DNA of 64,000 nt from Halarcobacter sp. (GTDB lineage: Bacteria; Campylobacterota; Campylobacteria; Campylobacterales; Arcobacteraceae). The notes beneath the pieces were generated by a model. The model saw only the letters and a list, made by a program, of their open reading frames with translations. It did no database searches and had not been told where the DNA came from. The DNA lies in contig CP182352.1 in assembly GCA_048571215.1 (NCBI GenBank), positions 288,001 to 352,000 of the forward strand. The letters are read 5' to 3'. The stretch's first letter is position 1. Each line of letters opens with the position of its first letter. The translations under genes and the position numbers were made by a program. Below are positions 19,561 to 28,391 of the stretch, in pieces.

Positions 19561-19604
19561 ATGTTTAAATCTTAGTATTTTTTTAAATATTAAGATTTGA
19601 ACAT
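19561..19604 (+). other. 20-bp RNA hairpin between the two flgE genes
   Basis: atgtttaaatcttagtattt-tttt-aaatattaagatttgaacat; the only two non-Watson-Crick pairs are G-U. Confidence 0.65.
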
Positions 19605-19640
19605 TAAGTATGTTTGAAAATTTATCTTAAAGGATAAGTC

Positions 19641-22043
19641 ATGGTTGGAGCATTATGGACAGGGATTTCGGGGCTTGCGTCACAACAACAAGCACTAGAT
19701 AACGAATCAAATAATATAGCAAATGTTAATACAGTAGGATTTAAAGCATCTAGAATCTCTTTTGCAGACCAAATGTATCAAGATAGAATTGGTAAAGGTT
19801 CTAAAATATTAGATTCTGAAAAACTTTATACTCAAGGAAACTTAAAACTTACAGGAGTTGATTACGATTTAGCTCTTAGTGGAGAAGGTTTTTTTGTTGT
19901 AAAGAATACTAGACTAAGTGGAAGTTCTGAGGATAACTATACAAGAGCTGGAAACTTTAGGATGGGTGATAATGGAACCTTACAAGATGCAGCAGGAAAT
20001 GAAGTTCAAGGTTGGCCAATGGTGGCAATTGATCCTAAAGAAACAACTTCTACAAATCCAAATGTAACAATGTTTAATGATAATTATACAAAACTTTTAA
20101 GTTCAAAAATTATTAAACATGCAACTTTTGTTGAGACAATTACATCAAGAGCTACAGATTATACAAGTACAGCAAAAACAGATTCAGCAACTATATTTAG
20201 TGGAGCAGGATTAAAATCTAAATCTTCAAAGGTATCAGATATTGAAGAGGCTATTAAAAATTATTCAACATGGTTACAAAGACTATCAGAAGAACCAGAT
20301 GGCTCATCAGCAACTTCAACTGCACAAGTTTCACAAGTAAACTTCAAATCAGGAACAAATGGACTTGCATCAAGTGAGGGTGATCAAATATATGTATATA
20401 TAGATGGAACTAAACATTATCAAAACTATGTATCTACTGTAGCTAGTGATGAATTTAAGGAAAGTTTTTTAGATAGCACAGATACGGGTAATATGTCAGT
20501 TAGTACTACTACAAATGCAAATGATACTATAACTGTAACAGCAGCAGATTTAAGTAGATATTCATTAACAATTGATGGTGAAACTGTATTTTATGATTCA
20601 GATTCAAATGCTACACTAACAGAGATTGTGGAAGGTTTAGAAGCTGCAATAAAAGAAAATAATACTTTAGGTACAACATATAGTTTAACTACTGATACAG
20701 GTGCTGGTACTATTCAACTTGATGCTGCTCCAACATCTATTTCACAAGCAACTTATGCAAGTAATTTAACAATTGATTATGATATTGCTGCAAGTAGAGT
20801 TGAAACATATAAAGCACTGGCAAATAAACTTTCTGAAGTAACAGGCTTAAAAGCTTATTTAGTTGAAGAATCATCTGGTGGAGTAGATACAGACTTCTTA
20901 GAAAGTGGTGAAACATATAGAGCTAATACAAATGATTATACAGAGATGTTAAAAGGTATTATTCAAATTGAATCTTTAATTCCAGGGGTAGAGTTTAAAA
21001 TAACAGAAGTTGGTGAATCTTCTGGAGATACTACAAATATAGGTGACTATCAGACAAGTGTACTTGCATCAGCTGGTTCAGGTATTGGTGCACTTGAAAG
21101 CTCAAAAGAAGCTTTAGCTAGACTTATTACAGGAAATCAAAGGGATGTATATACAGCATCTGATTTAGGTCTTGATGGAACATCTTCATTTGACTTTACA
21201 TATGGGCTTACTATTTATGATAAAGAGTTAGGTGCAAATATACCAGTTCCTGGTGATGGTTCAACTAACCCTGCAAAACCATATAAAATCTTTATGGATG
21301 GCATAACTAGTGTTGATGATATGGTAGATTATATAAATGGGACAAACACTTATATAAATGTTGATGATACTGATGATACAATTCAAACTACAAGTTCATT
21401 TGTTTTATCTGATTATGTAAAAGCTAGTAATGTAAATGGTGCCTTAGTGATTGAAACCTTAGATTCAAACTATGATGTGGAGTTTAGTGGTTCTTTAAAA
21501 GTAGCAGATAGTGCAGCAACAGATGATGGTACAGCTACTCTTGCAGCAACATACACTCCTGTAGATAAAAACAGTGATTATAGTGGTAGAGCTGGTGCAG
21601 GTGCAGAGTTTATTGAACTTATAAATAAAGTTGACCAAACTGCTACTAAAGGTTCACTACAATTAAGACTTGATACTCTTGGTATCTCTGAATCTGCTTT
21701 TGGTTCATTTTCTGTTGATGATGCGGGTCTTATTACAATGACTCAAGATGGTGCAGACTTTGTTATTGGACAAGTTGCAATTGCACTATTTAACAACAAT
21801 AGAGGACTAGAACCTGTTGGGGATAACTTACTTGCTAAAAGTAATAACTCGGGGGATCCAATCTATAATTTAAACAATAATAAAACTGCTAGAATTGAGT
21901 CAAAAACTTTAGAATTAAGTACAGCAGATTTAAGTGAAAGTTTAGTTAACTTGATGGTATTTCAAAGAGCATTTGAAGCAAATGCAAAATCTATTACCAC
22001 ATCAGATACAATTCTAAACACTTTAATTAACTTAAAACGATAA
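19641..22043 (+). CDS. flgE: Flagellar hook protein FlgE paralogue 2 (800 aa, large central insertion)
   Basis: SNNIANVNTVGFKASR, DLALSGEGFF, YTRAGNF and LELSTADL...FQRAFEANAKSITTSD motifs. Confidence 0.9.
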   Translation: MVGALWTGISGLASQQQALDNESNNIANVNTVGFKASRISFADQMYQDRIGKGSKILDSEKLYTQGNLKLTGVDYDLALSGEGFFVVKNTRLSGSSEDNYTRAGNFRMGDNGTLQDAAGNEVQGWPMVAIDPKETTSTNPNVTMFNDNYTKLLSSKIIKHATFVETITSRATDYTSTAKTDSATIFSGAGLKSKSSKVSDIEEAIKNYSTWLQRLSEEPDGSSATSTAQVSQVNFKSGTNGLASSEGDQIYVYIDGTKHYQNYVSTVASDEFKESFLDSTDTGNMSVSTTTNANDTITVTAADLSRYSLTIDGETVFYDSDSNATLTEIVEGLEAAIKENNTLGTTYSLTTDTGAGTIQLDAAPTSISQATYASNLTIDYDIAASRVETYKALANKLSEVTGLKAYLVEESSGGVDTDFLESGETYRANTNDYTEMLKGIIQIESLIPGVEFKITEVGESSGDTTNIGDYQTSVLASAGSGIGALESSKEALARLITGNQRDVYTASDLGLDGTSSFDFTYGLTIYDKELGANIPVPGDGSTNPAKPYKIFMDGITSVDDMVDYINGTNTYINVDDTDDTIQTTSSFVLSDYVKASNVNGALVIETLDSNYDVEFSGSLKVADSAATDDGTATLAATYTPVDKNSDYSGRAGAGAEFIELINKVDQTATKGSLQLRLDTLGISESAFGSFSVDDAGLITMTQDGADFVIGQVAIALFNNNRGLEPVGDNLLAKSNNSGDPIYNLNNNKTARIESKTLELSTADLSESLVNLMVFQRAFEANAKSITTSDTILNTLINLKR

Positions 22044-22078
22044 TATAAAATAAGAGGTTTTAACCTCTTACTTTATAT
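22044..22078 (+). terminator. Intrinsic terminator after the second flgE
   Basis: taagaggtt/aacctctta stem, extended by atataaa/tttatat. Confidence 0.7.
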
Positions 22079-22091
22079 CCTGAGGAAGAAA

Positions 22092-22421
22092 TTGGATAAT
22101 TTTTTATTAATAACAATAATTGGCATACTACTTTTATACTATTTTTCAAGTACAAATGTATATAAATCTTTGTATAGAAAGTTAAATGAAGAGAAAAATA
22201 TTCTTGAAGATGATAATAAAAAACTTCAAGAGATTATAAATAAATATGAAAAACAAGTTAAAGTTAGTGCAGCAACACTAAAAACAAATCAAGATAACCT
22301 TCAAGTTGCGAGGGAAGATATTCAAAAACTAAGGCTAGAAAATAGTGAACTTAAGCATGAAATTGAGAGTTTAGAAAAAAGAACAGAAGAACTTTATGCT
22401 CAGGTAAATACATTGATTTAA
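22092..22421 (+). CDS. Small membrane-anchored coiled-coil hypothetical protein
   Basis: GAGGA RBS, TTG start, N-terminal TM and heptad coiled coil. Confidence 0.7.
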   Translation: MDNFLLITIIGILLLYYFSSTNVYKSLYRKLNEEKNILEDDNKKLQEIINKYEKQVKVSAATLKTNQDNLQVAREDIQKLRLENSELKHEIESLEKRTEELYAQVNTLI

Positions 22422-22429
22422 GGGGTTTT

Positions 22430-24418
22430 GTGAAAGTTTTTTATTTTTTCTTTTCAATCTTTTATATCACTACACTTTTACATGCAGATAAAATAGACTC
22501 TCAACCAGATATCTTATTTAAGTATGATAAAATACAAAAAAACCAAGAAAAATTTAGATTGCAAGTTGAGTTTAATAAAGCTGTTTTATTATTAGAGAAG
22601 GGTGAATATAAGAAAGCTATAGAGATGTTTAAAACAACTTCAGAAATTTTAAAAATACCATCTTTTTTAAATATTGGTATAGCGTATTATAAACTTAAAC
22701 AAAAAGAGAATGCTCTTTTATATCTAAACAATATTTATGAATATAAAGAAGCTATTTATACAGATACATATTCATATATTTCAGCTGCATATTATCTTTA
22801 TCAAATTAATGATAACAGAGATTATTTAAATACAATTATTAATATAACAAAAAAATATAAAAATCTTACAGAACACTCTAAAAGGTTAGTAGTAGATACG
22901 TATATTTTATTGAAAAATTATGAAAATGCCTTAAATGTTTTAAAAACAATGCAGTTTCAAGATGATCTAAAAATTGCACTTTTATATTTAAAGTTAAAAA
23001 ACTATGCAAGTGCAGAAAAATTTTTTATACAAGCAAAAGAGAAAAGTTTTAATCGAAATAGAATAGATGAAATACTTTGGTTTATGGTATTTAGAGATTT
23101 AAAATCAAATCAATTAGAAAAATTGAAAGAACATTTAGATGAGATAAAGGATAGAAAAGATAGCTTTAAGATCAACTTGAGTTATCCTTTAGAGATATTT
23201 TTTAATAGAAATAAATATAGCACAAAAGAGTATTTGTCTTTTATAACTAAATTTTCTAAGGATAGAAAAATAGATTATATTTATTATTTTGCTCCTTTTA
23301 TTTTTTCTGACACCCAAGAGATTGTTTACGATATGTCACGGGGATTTATCTTTAAAGATAAACAAAATGTACAAAGTCTAGAAAAAATGGTTGCGTATAA
23401 TTCTAAATTTATTGATATTATTAAAGATGATCCAATTGTTAGAGTAAAAAAATTAAAAGAATATATAAAAGAGGACTCAACCTCTTATATATATTATAAT
23501 CTTGCTTTATGTTATGCTCAAATTTTTGATTATCACAATGCATATAAATATTTTTCAAAAGCATATAAGTTAAATCCAGGGAATAAATTATACTCAACAA
23601 TGACATTAATAACAGCAGATAAAATTGATTTAAAAGTTGCAGATTTTGAGTATATCGAAAAAAATATTAGGTCAAATAATGGTTTATATAAATATTTTGG
23701 ACAAACCTTATATAAAATAATGTTTAATCCAGAATTTGTAGTAAATGTTAAAGGAGAAATTTATTTACAAACAATTTTCTACAAGGCCTTAGATTATCTA
23801 ATAAAAATGGAAGATGGTACAGTTACTGCAGAACATCCTTTATTATTAGAATACTACAAGGACCCATTAGTATATCTATTAGATTTAACTTTAAGAAGAA
23901 AAAATGAGAATGATTTTAAATACTTTGCAAGATTACAAGATAATACTCCACTTAAAATTAATAATAATTTTCTAGAAGGACCACCTATTATAACCAGCTT
24001 TTATTTTGATTTATTAAAGGCAATTGGATTATTTGATAGGGCAGATTTTTCACAAAGTGGTATTCAAAGTCCAACATATCTTAGAACAAAAGCTTTAGTT
24101 GACTTACATGAAAACAAACCCCAAAGCACTTTGAAGATTTTAAATAAACTACAAAAAAAGTATAAATTAGAAGATAAATATACAATGTTTTTAATAGTTG
24201 CAGCTTATTTAAGTGAAAATAAATACAATGAAGCTTCTTTACAAATATCATTAATAGAAGCCATATTAAAAGATGCAGATGCAGATTTTTTAACTGGTGT
24301 TCAGTTAATTCAAGAATTGAAACTAAGTAATGTTTCTCACTATTTTAAAAAACCATATATGGATTCAATTATTGATTTTAGATTAAAAAATTTAGATAAT
24401 TTTTTAGAGTCTATGTAA
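22430..24418 (+). CDS. Exported TPR protein, probable PflB-like motor scaffold
   Basis: Signal peptide and TPRs; YYFAPF and YYNLALCYAQIFDYHNAYKYFSKAYKLNP resemble Campylobacter PflB segments (recalled, not aligned). Confidence 0.6.
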   Translation: MKVFYFFFSIFYITTLLHADKIDSQPDILFKYDKIQKNQEKFRLQVEFNKAVLLLEKGEYKKAIEMFKTTSEILKIPSFLNIGIAYYKLKQKENALLYLNNIYEYKEAIYTDTYSYISAAYYLYQINDNRDYLNTIINITKKYKNLTEHSKRLVVDTYILLKNYENALNVLKTMQFQDDLKIALLYLKLKNYASAEKFFIQAKEKSFNRNRIDEILWFMVFRDLKSNQLEKLKEHLDEIKDRKDSFKINLSYPLEIFFNRNKYSTKEYLSFITKFSKDRKIDYIYYFAPFIFSDTQEIVYDMSRGFIFKDKQNVQSLEKMVAYNSKFIDIIKDDPIVRVKKLKEYIKEDSTSYIYYNLALCYAQIFDYHNAYKYFSKAYKLNPGNKLYSTMTLITADKIDLKVADFEYIEKNIRSNNGLYKYFGQTLYKIMFNPEFVVNVKGEIYLQTIFYKALDYLIKMEDGTVTAEHPLLLEYYKDPLVYLLDLTLRRKNENDFKYFARLQDNTPLKINNNFLEGPPIITSFYFDLLKAIGLFDRADFSQSGIQSPTYLRTKALVDLHENKPQSTLKILNKLQKKYKLEDKYTMFLIVAAYLSENKYNEASLQISLIEAILKDADADFLTGVQLIQELKLSNVSHYFKKPYMDSIIDFRLKNLDNFLESM

Positions 24419-24474
24419 ATAAAATTTATTAGTTATTATATTTTAGCAAGCTTTCATATAATTTAATCTTTTTT

Positions 24475-24483
24475 TGATATAAT
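24475..24483 (+). promoter_or_regulatory. Extended -10 sigma70 promoter upstream of flaG
   Basis: TGATATAAT followed by an AAGGAG RBS. Confidence 0.6.
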
Positions 24484-24516
24484 AGTTCATTATACAAACT
24501 TTTAAAGGAGACTATT

Positions 24517-24840
24517 ATGGAATTAGGTAGAATTGCAGAAATAGACAATGCAAAAGTTAATGAAATTGAAAAAGTAAAGTCAGTAAAAGAAGTAGATGAA
24601 AAGTCTAAAATGGTAGAGGATGAACAACATCGTTCAGCCAAAAGTAAATCTAATGAAACACAAGTAAATGAAGTTATTTTAGATAATATAAAGTTTGGAT
24701 ACAACAAATCATCAAAAGACTTTTTTGTAAAAGTAACAAGAGGTGATGTGGAGTATAAGTATCCTACTGAAGATATGATGAAAATAAAAGCACAAGTACT
24801 TAGTTTGTTAGAAGAACAACAAAAAGAATCTAATAATTAA
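24517..24840 (+). CDS. flaG: FlaG-family flagellar protein
   Basis: 107 aa; IKFGYNKSSKDFFVKV...YPTEDMMKI resembles the FlaG C-terminal pattern. Confidence 0.65.
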   Translation: MELGRIAEIDNAKVNEIEKVKSVKEVDEKSKMVEDEQHRSAKSKSNETQVNEVILDNIKFGYNKSSKDFFVKVTRGDVEYKYPTEDMMKIKAQVLSLLEEQQKESNN

Positions 24841-24851
24841 AAGGTTAGTCA

Positions 24852-25769
24852 TTGGCATCTGATTTATCAAGTTTTTTAAAAGATGAATTAGCTAATACAT
24901 TGGAGCAGTTGCTTTCTAAAAGCGTATCAGTTGATGCTGTAAGTCAGCTTGATACTGAAACTTTAGAAGACTCTCAATGTATTAATATTTCAGTTAAGTT
25001 AGAGTTTGCAGATATATCATCACCTTTGCAATTTTTTATCCCTACAATCACTGCAACAAAATTTGAATATTTTATGTTGGGTGGAATGGGAGATTTAAAA
25101 GAACATATTGATGATGAAATAACTGATGCAGTTAATGAAATTATCTCAAATGTATGTGGTAGTTTTTGCACTACAGTTAATGCACAAGGATTCCCAGATG
25201 TTTCAGCTGTCAAATCAGAAGTTTTAAACTCAAGTATTAAGGATTGCTCTGAAATTAAAGGCTTAAACAATATATTTTTCTTTGATTTATCTTTGGATAA
25301 TGAAAAACTACCAATTTATATAAGTTTTGATGAGATGATATCTCCTTATTTTTCTCAAATTACTGGATATACAGAAGGTGGAGATGGTGTAAAATCTTTA
25401 GATAGTAATATTGTTTCAAGTGGGGCGAGCTCTAGTTCTAATAATCAAACATCTAATAATTCTAATAAATTAGGAATAAGTTCACTACTTTCAGAAGAAT
25501 CAGCAGAAAATCTTCAATTATTATTTGGTATAAAACTAAAACTTAGCGTACGTTTAGGAACAAAAAATGTTTTATTAAAAGATATCTTAAGATGGGATAT
25601 TGGAGAGATTATTGAATTAGAACAAATGGTAAATGAACCCTTAGAGATTTTAGTAAATGGAATTAAAATTGGAGAGGGTGAAGCTGTTATTGTTGAGGGT
25701 AAATTTGGTTTGAAAGTAAAAAATATAGGCGATGGATCTTCTAGATTGAGTCAGATAGGATTAAAGTAG
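24852..25769 (+). CDS. fliY: C-ring protein FliY-like (CheC-like domain plus SpoA domain)
   Basis: N-terminal CheC/CheX-like region (DAVNEIISNVCG); C-terminal LSVRLG...GEIIELEQMVNEPLEILVNG...GEAVIVEGKFGLKV. Confidence 0.8.
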   Translation: MASDLSSFLKDELANTLEQLLSKSVSVDAVSQLDTETLEDSQCINISVKLEFADISSPLQFFIPTITATKFEYFMLGGMGDLKEHIDDEITDAVNEIISNVCGSFCTTVNAQGFPDVSAVKSEVLNSSIKDCSEIKGLNNIFFFDLSLDNEKLPIYISFDEMISPYFSQITGYTEGGDGVKSLDSNIVSSGASSSSNNQTSNNSNKLGISSLLSEESAENLQLLFGIKLKLSVRLGTKNVLLKDILRWDIGEIIELEQMVNEPLEILVNGIKIGEGEAVIVEGKFGLKVKNIGDGSSRLSQIGLK

Positions 25770-26525
25770 ATGGATAAGAGTACAGCTGGTGGTTTAGGTG
25801 GTGGTTGGGCATTAGTTGCCTTAGCTATTATTCTAGGTGGAGTAGGATTTGGACCCTACTTAGATATCCCTTCTGTTATTATTGTTGTTGGTGGTACAAT
25901 TGCAGTTACAGCAGGACAGTTTGAAGCAGCTGATTTAAAAAGAATCACTCCTGCAATAAAAGTTGCAATGAATGAGGTAAAAGTTGAATCTTTACCTGAA
26001 TTGGTTGAAAAGATTATATTTTATGCAACAGAGATAAAAAAACATGGGGTTATGCATATTGAGCAGAAAGTTTTAGAAGAACAAAATCCATTTTTTAAAG
26101 AGGCTTTTCAACTTTTAGTTGATGGTACAAAAGCAGAAACTATACAACCTTTGCTTGAAACCAAATTGGAGTATATGAGTAAAAGACATAATGTAATGAT
26201 AAGTATTTTTGGTAATATTGGTGGTACAGCTGGTGCTATGGGTATGATTGGTACGCTTGTTGGATTAGTTGCCATGTTGGCAAACTTATCAGATCCAGCT
26301 TCAGTTGGTCCTGCAATGGCTGTTGCCTTACTTACTACAATGTATGGTGCTTTAATTGGTACTTTATTTGCAGGTGTTATAGAAAGTAAGTTAGCACAAA
26401 AACATGGTCTTGAAGAGACTTCTTGTGAAGTGATTATTAATGGGGTTACAATGATTGCAAATGAGGAATCAATTGGTAATATAAAAATGCAATTGAACTC
26501 TATATTGGTTGAAACACAAGAGTAA
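25770..26525 (+). CDS. motA: Flagellar stator A subunit (MotA/PomA family)
   Basis: DIPSVIIVVGGT, LLVDG, GMIGTLVGLVAML and GPAMAVALLTTMYGA motifs. Confidence 0.95.
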   Translation: MDKSTAGGLGGGWALVALAIILGGVGFGPYLDIPSVIIVVGGTIAVTAGQFEAADLKRITPAIKVAMNEVKVESLPELVEKIIFYATEIKKHGVMHIEQKVLEEQNPFFKEAFQLLVDGTKAETIQPLLETKLEYMSKRHNVMISIFGNIGGTAGAMGMIGTLVGLVAMLANLSDPASVGPAMAVALLTTMYGALIGTLFAGVIESKLAQKHGLEETSCEVIINGVTMIANEESIGNIKMQLNSILVETQE

Positions 26526-26528
26526 AAA

Positions 26529-27305
26529 ATGGCAAAAAAATGTCCTGAATGTCCTAAATGCTTACCTGGTTGGCTTGTTCAATTTGGTGATTTAATGTCA
26601 TTATTACTAACTTTTTTTATTTTATTATTATCTATGGCAGTAATGGATAAGAAAAAAGTTGAAGAGTATTTTGATATTATGAAAAAAGCGATGGGTTTTA
26701 TAGATGCATCTACTGATGTTCAAACCCAATCTGATATGTACTCAACAGAACAAAGTAATTCACAAAGTGATAATACAGAATCAACTACCACTGAAGATGC
26801 AGTTCAAGATACTTCAGAACAGATATCTGATGTGGTTCAACAGATGAATGATATGACAATAGTTGATAGTCAACAGATTCAACTTGAAAAAGGAAAAAAT
26901 GAGTTTACTTTAGATATCCCATCAACCATTATGTTTAATGAGGGAGAGTATGAGTTAAGTAATGCAAACTCAAAAAGATTTATTGCAAAAATTGCAAGAG
27001 TAATTAGAACTATGCCACACTCTTTTAATATAGAAATTATTGGACACACAGCAAGAAGTAGTTTTTCAAGTAAGTCAATACCAAGAGATAATTGGGATTT
27101 GTCAGCATTAAGAGCAATTTCTGTTGTAAAGGAGTTAATCAAAAATAGAATTGACCCTGCAACATTAAAAGTTGCAGCATACGCTTCATATCATCCAAAA
27201 AGTGAAATGGCAGCTGATAATCGAAGAGTTGAGATGAGATTCTTTTCAAGTGATAATAAAAATGATATACTTAGTGAAGAGAATTTTTTTGATAGATTGG
27301 AGTAA
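26529..27305 (+). CDS. motB: Flagellar stator B subunit (MotB/PomB family)
   Basis: WLVQFGDLMSLLLTFFILL TM with the conserved Asp; OmpA-like domain with NWDLSALRA and NRRVE. Confidence 0.95.
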   Translation: MAKKCPECPKCLPGWLVQFGDLMSLLLTFFILLLSMAVMDKKKVEEYFDIMKKAMGFIDASTDVQTQSDMYSTEQSNSQSDNTESTTTEDAVQDTSEQISDVVQQMNDMTIVDSQQIQLEKGKNEFTLDIPSTIMFNEGEYELSNANSKRFIAKIARVIRTMPHSFNIEIIGHTARSSFSSKSIPRDNWDLSALRAISVVKELIKNRIDPATLKVAAYASYHPKSEMAADNRRVEMRFFSSDNKNDILSEENFFDRLE

Positions 27306-27616
27306 TGATGCAAATAGATACAAATTCAATTGATATGGCTACAATAAGAGCTAATAGTCTAGATCAAAACAAATATAAGAATATGGATAGTTCAAAATTA
27401 GAAGATGAAGCTTTAAGAAAAGTTAGTGATGATTTTGAATCATTTTTTATGCAACAACTTCTTGATGTTTCATTAAAAAATGTAAAATTTGCAGGTGAGG
27501 GGACAGGCTCTGATATAATTAAAGGGATGTACACAGAAGCTATTGCAAAAGAATCTGCAGGTACAGTTGGAATTAGTGATTTACTTTACAATTTCTTAAG
27601 CGAACGTAAAAAATAA
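27305..27616 (+). CDS. flgJ: Rod-binding protein FlgJ (short form, no muramidase domain)
   Basis: LRKVSDDFESFFMQQLL...GMY.EAIAK...GISDLLYNFL. Confidence 0.8.
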   Translation: MMQIDTNSIDMATIRANSLDQNKYKNMDSSKLEDEALRKVSDDFESFFMQQLLDVSLKNVKFAGEGTGSDIIKGMYTEAIAKESAGTVGISDLLYNFLSERKK

Positions 27617-27625
27617 GGCTATATC

Positions 27626-28003
27626 ATGGTTGATCAAATAATAGATGAGATGACAGAACTAGTAAGTAAAATGCAAGATTATATTAAACAAGATATTGAA
27701 GATATAAAAGAAGCAAAACATGAACAGCTTTTAAATAGAAATGAAGAAAAAGAGTTTATGATTGAAAAAATTGCAGATTATAAAAAGCAATTAAATCAGG
27801 AAATTGTAAATCAACTTCAAGATGGAGTTGATGTAAATATTTATAGGGAGAGGGTTGATAACTTAGAAGAGGAATTAAAAACTCTTTATAAACTTAATAG
27901 AAAATTAGCATTAATAGTTGAACCTATACAACAAATGTATAAAGAGATAGTAAATGAAATTACTGAAATGAATGGGGGTAATATTTTTGATGTTAAGGCA
28001 TAA
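27626..28003 (+). CDS. flgN: Probable FlgN-type export chaperone
   Basis: 125-aa helical protein after flgJ; DIEDIKEAKHE and L.KLNRKLA patterns as in Campylobacterota FlgN-like proteins. Confidence 0.55.
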   Translation: MVDQIIDEMTELVSKMQDYIKQDIEDIKEAKHEQLLNRNEEKEFMIEKIADYKKQLNQEIVNQLQDGVDVNIYRERVDNLEEELKTLYKLNRKLALIVEPIQQMYKEIVNEITEMNGGNIFDVKA

Positions 28004-28391
28004 ATGTCTTCTAGTCTTTTTTCTTTTTATAAATTTAAATCTATTTGCAAATGGTATTTTGATTGCTAATAAAAATATTGCATATAAAAGTGAACTTTCA
28101 CAAGAAGATTTGACTACCGTATCAAATGCTTTTAAGAAGAAGTATTGTGAACCAATAACTTTAGAGATGATTAAAGATAAAAAATATATTACAAAAAGAT
28201 ATATAAAAAAAGGTACAGTTATTTGTAAAGATGATATTACTGTTTATAAAAAAAATAGTGTAATATTTAATTTTGGTTCTATTCAAATAGAAAGAAATGG
28301 AAAACTTATTTTTGAAAATGATGAGTATATAAAGATAAAAAAAGATAATGGGGATATTGAAAAAATATATAAAGATGGAAGAATTGAATGA
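27990..28391 (+). CDS. Short FlgA-like (SAF domain) periplasmic protein
   Basis: Likely start ATG 27990 after a GGGGGT RBS; signal peptide; ANKNIAYK.EL...D and KYITKRYIKKGTVICKDDI SAF pattern. Confidence 0.55.
   Translation: MLRHKCLLVFFLFINLNLFANGILIANKNIAYKSELSQEDLTTVSNAFKKKYCEPITLEMIKDKKYITKRYIKKGTVICKDDITVYKKNSVIFNFGSIQIERNGKLIFENDEYIKIKKDNGDIEKIYKDGRIE

Noticed and set aside
24852..25769. Calling this gene fliM, or an active FliY phosphatase
   Set aside because: It lacks the N-terminal LSQxEIDALL peptide of FliM, and the CheC-type E-x2-N motif spacing is imperfect (EIISN), so activity cannot be claimed.
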